A stretch of 63,827 nt of DNA, counting the filler, from Octopus bimaculoides (Eukaryota), in assembly GCF_001194135.2 (NCBI RefSeq). It is 6 parts of 6 records of this genome, joined end to end, with 100 filler letters (N's around TTAATTAATTAA, not from the genome) between each part and the next. Parts side by side here need not be neighbours in the genome. Positions count along the whole stretch, not along the records: positions 61,749 to 63,827 come from NW_026335675.1; 5 more parts are not named here. One strand, given 5' to 3'. Both the position numbers and the translations under genes were made by a program. Below, piece after piece: positions 63,797 through 63,827 of the stretch. Below the pieces are notes generated by a model that ran no database searches, was not told the DNA's origin, and was given only the letters and a program-made list of their open reading frames with translations. Numbering within the stretch: the stretch's first letter is position 1; each line of letters starts with the position of its first letter.

Positions 63797-63827
<31 letters not shown>

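Overview
Eukaryotic, AT-rich, microsatellite- and SINE-dense draft genome scaffold with many N gaps. The repeat content points to an octopus; this is an inference from remembered SINE families, not a database result. One protein-coding gene is well supported: a + strand C2H2 zinc-finger gene with two giant coding exons (8029-13531 and 19934-24351) that join in phase to give about 3306 aa. The protein is mostly low-complexity, with a central four-finger cluster split by the intron, a 60-bp coding minisatellite and many SUMO-type motifs. The rest is transposon debris: several tRNA-derived SINE families, two decayed mariner elements, LINE fragments (ORF1 zinc knuckle, RT C-terminus, R4/Dong-like RT), a fold-back palindrome and simple repeats. 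The most notable unannotated signal is a set of minimal type I hammerhead ribozyme motifs of the Penelope-like-element (PLE) kind. They occur (i) in a tRNA-Ser-headed SINE-like element present once alone and once as a head-to-head dimer flanked by an apparent target-site duplication, (ii) in a second family whose palindromic stem III co-varies between copies, and (iii) as a core variant in a third element. All folds were done by eye and no activity is shown. Most long ORFs after 25 kb are artefacts of simple repeats or N gaps.
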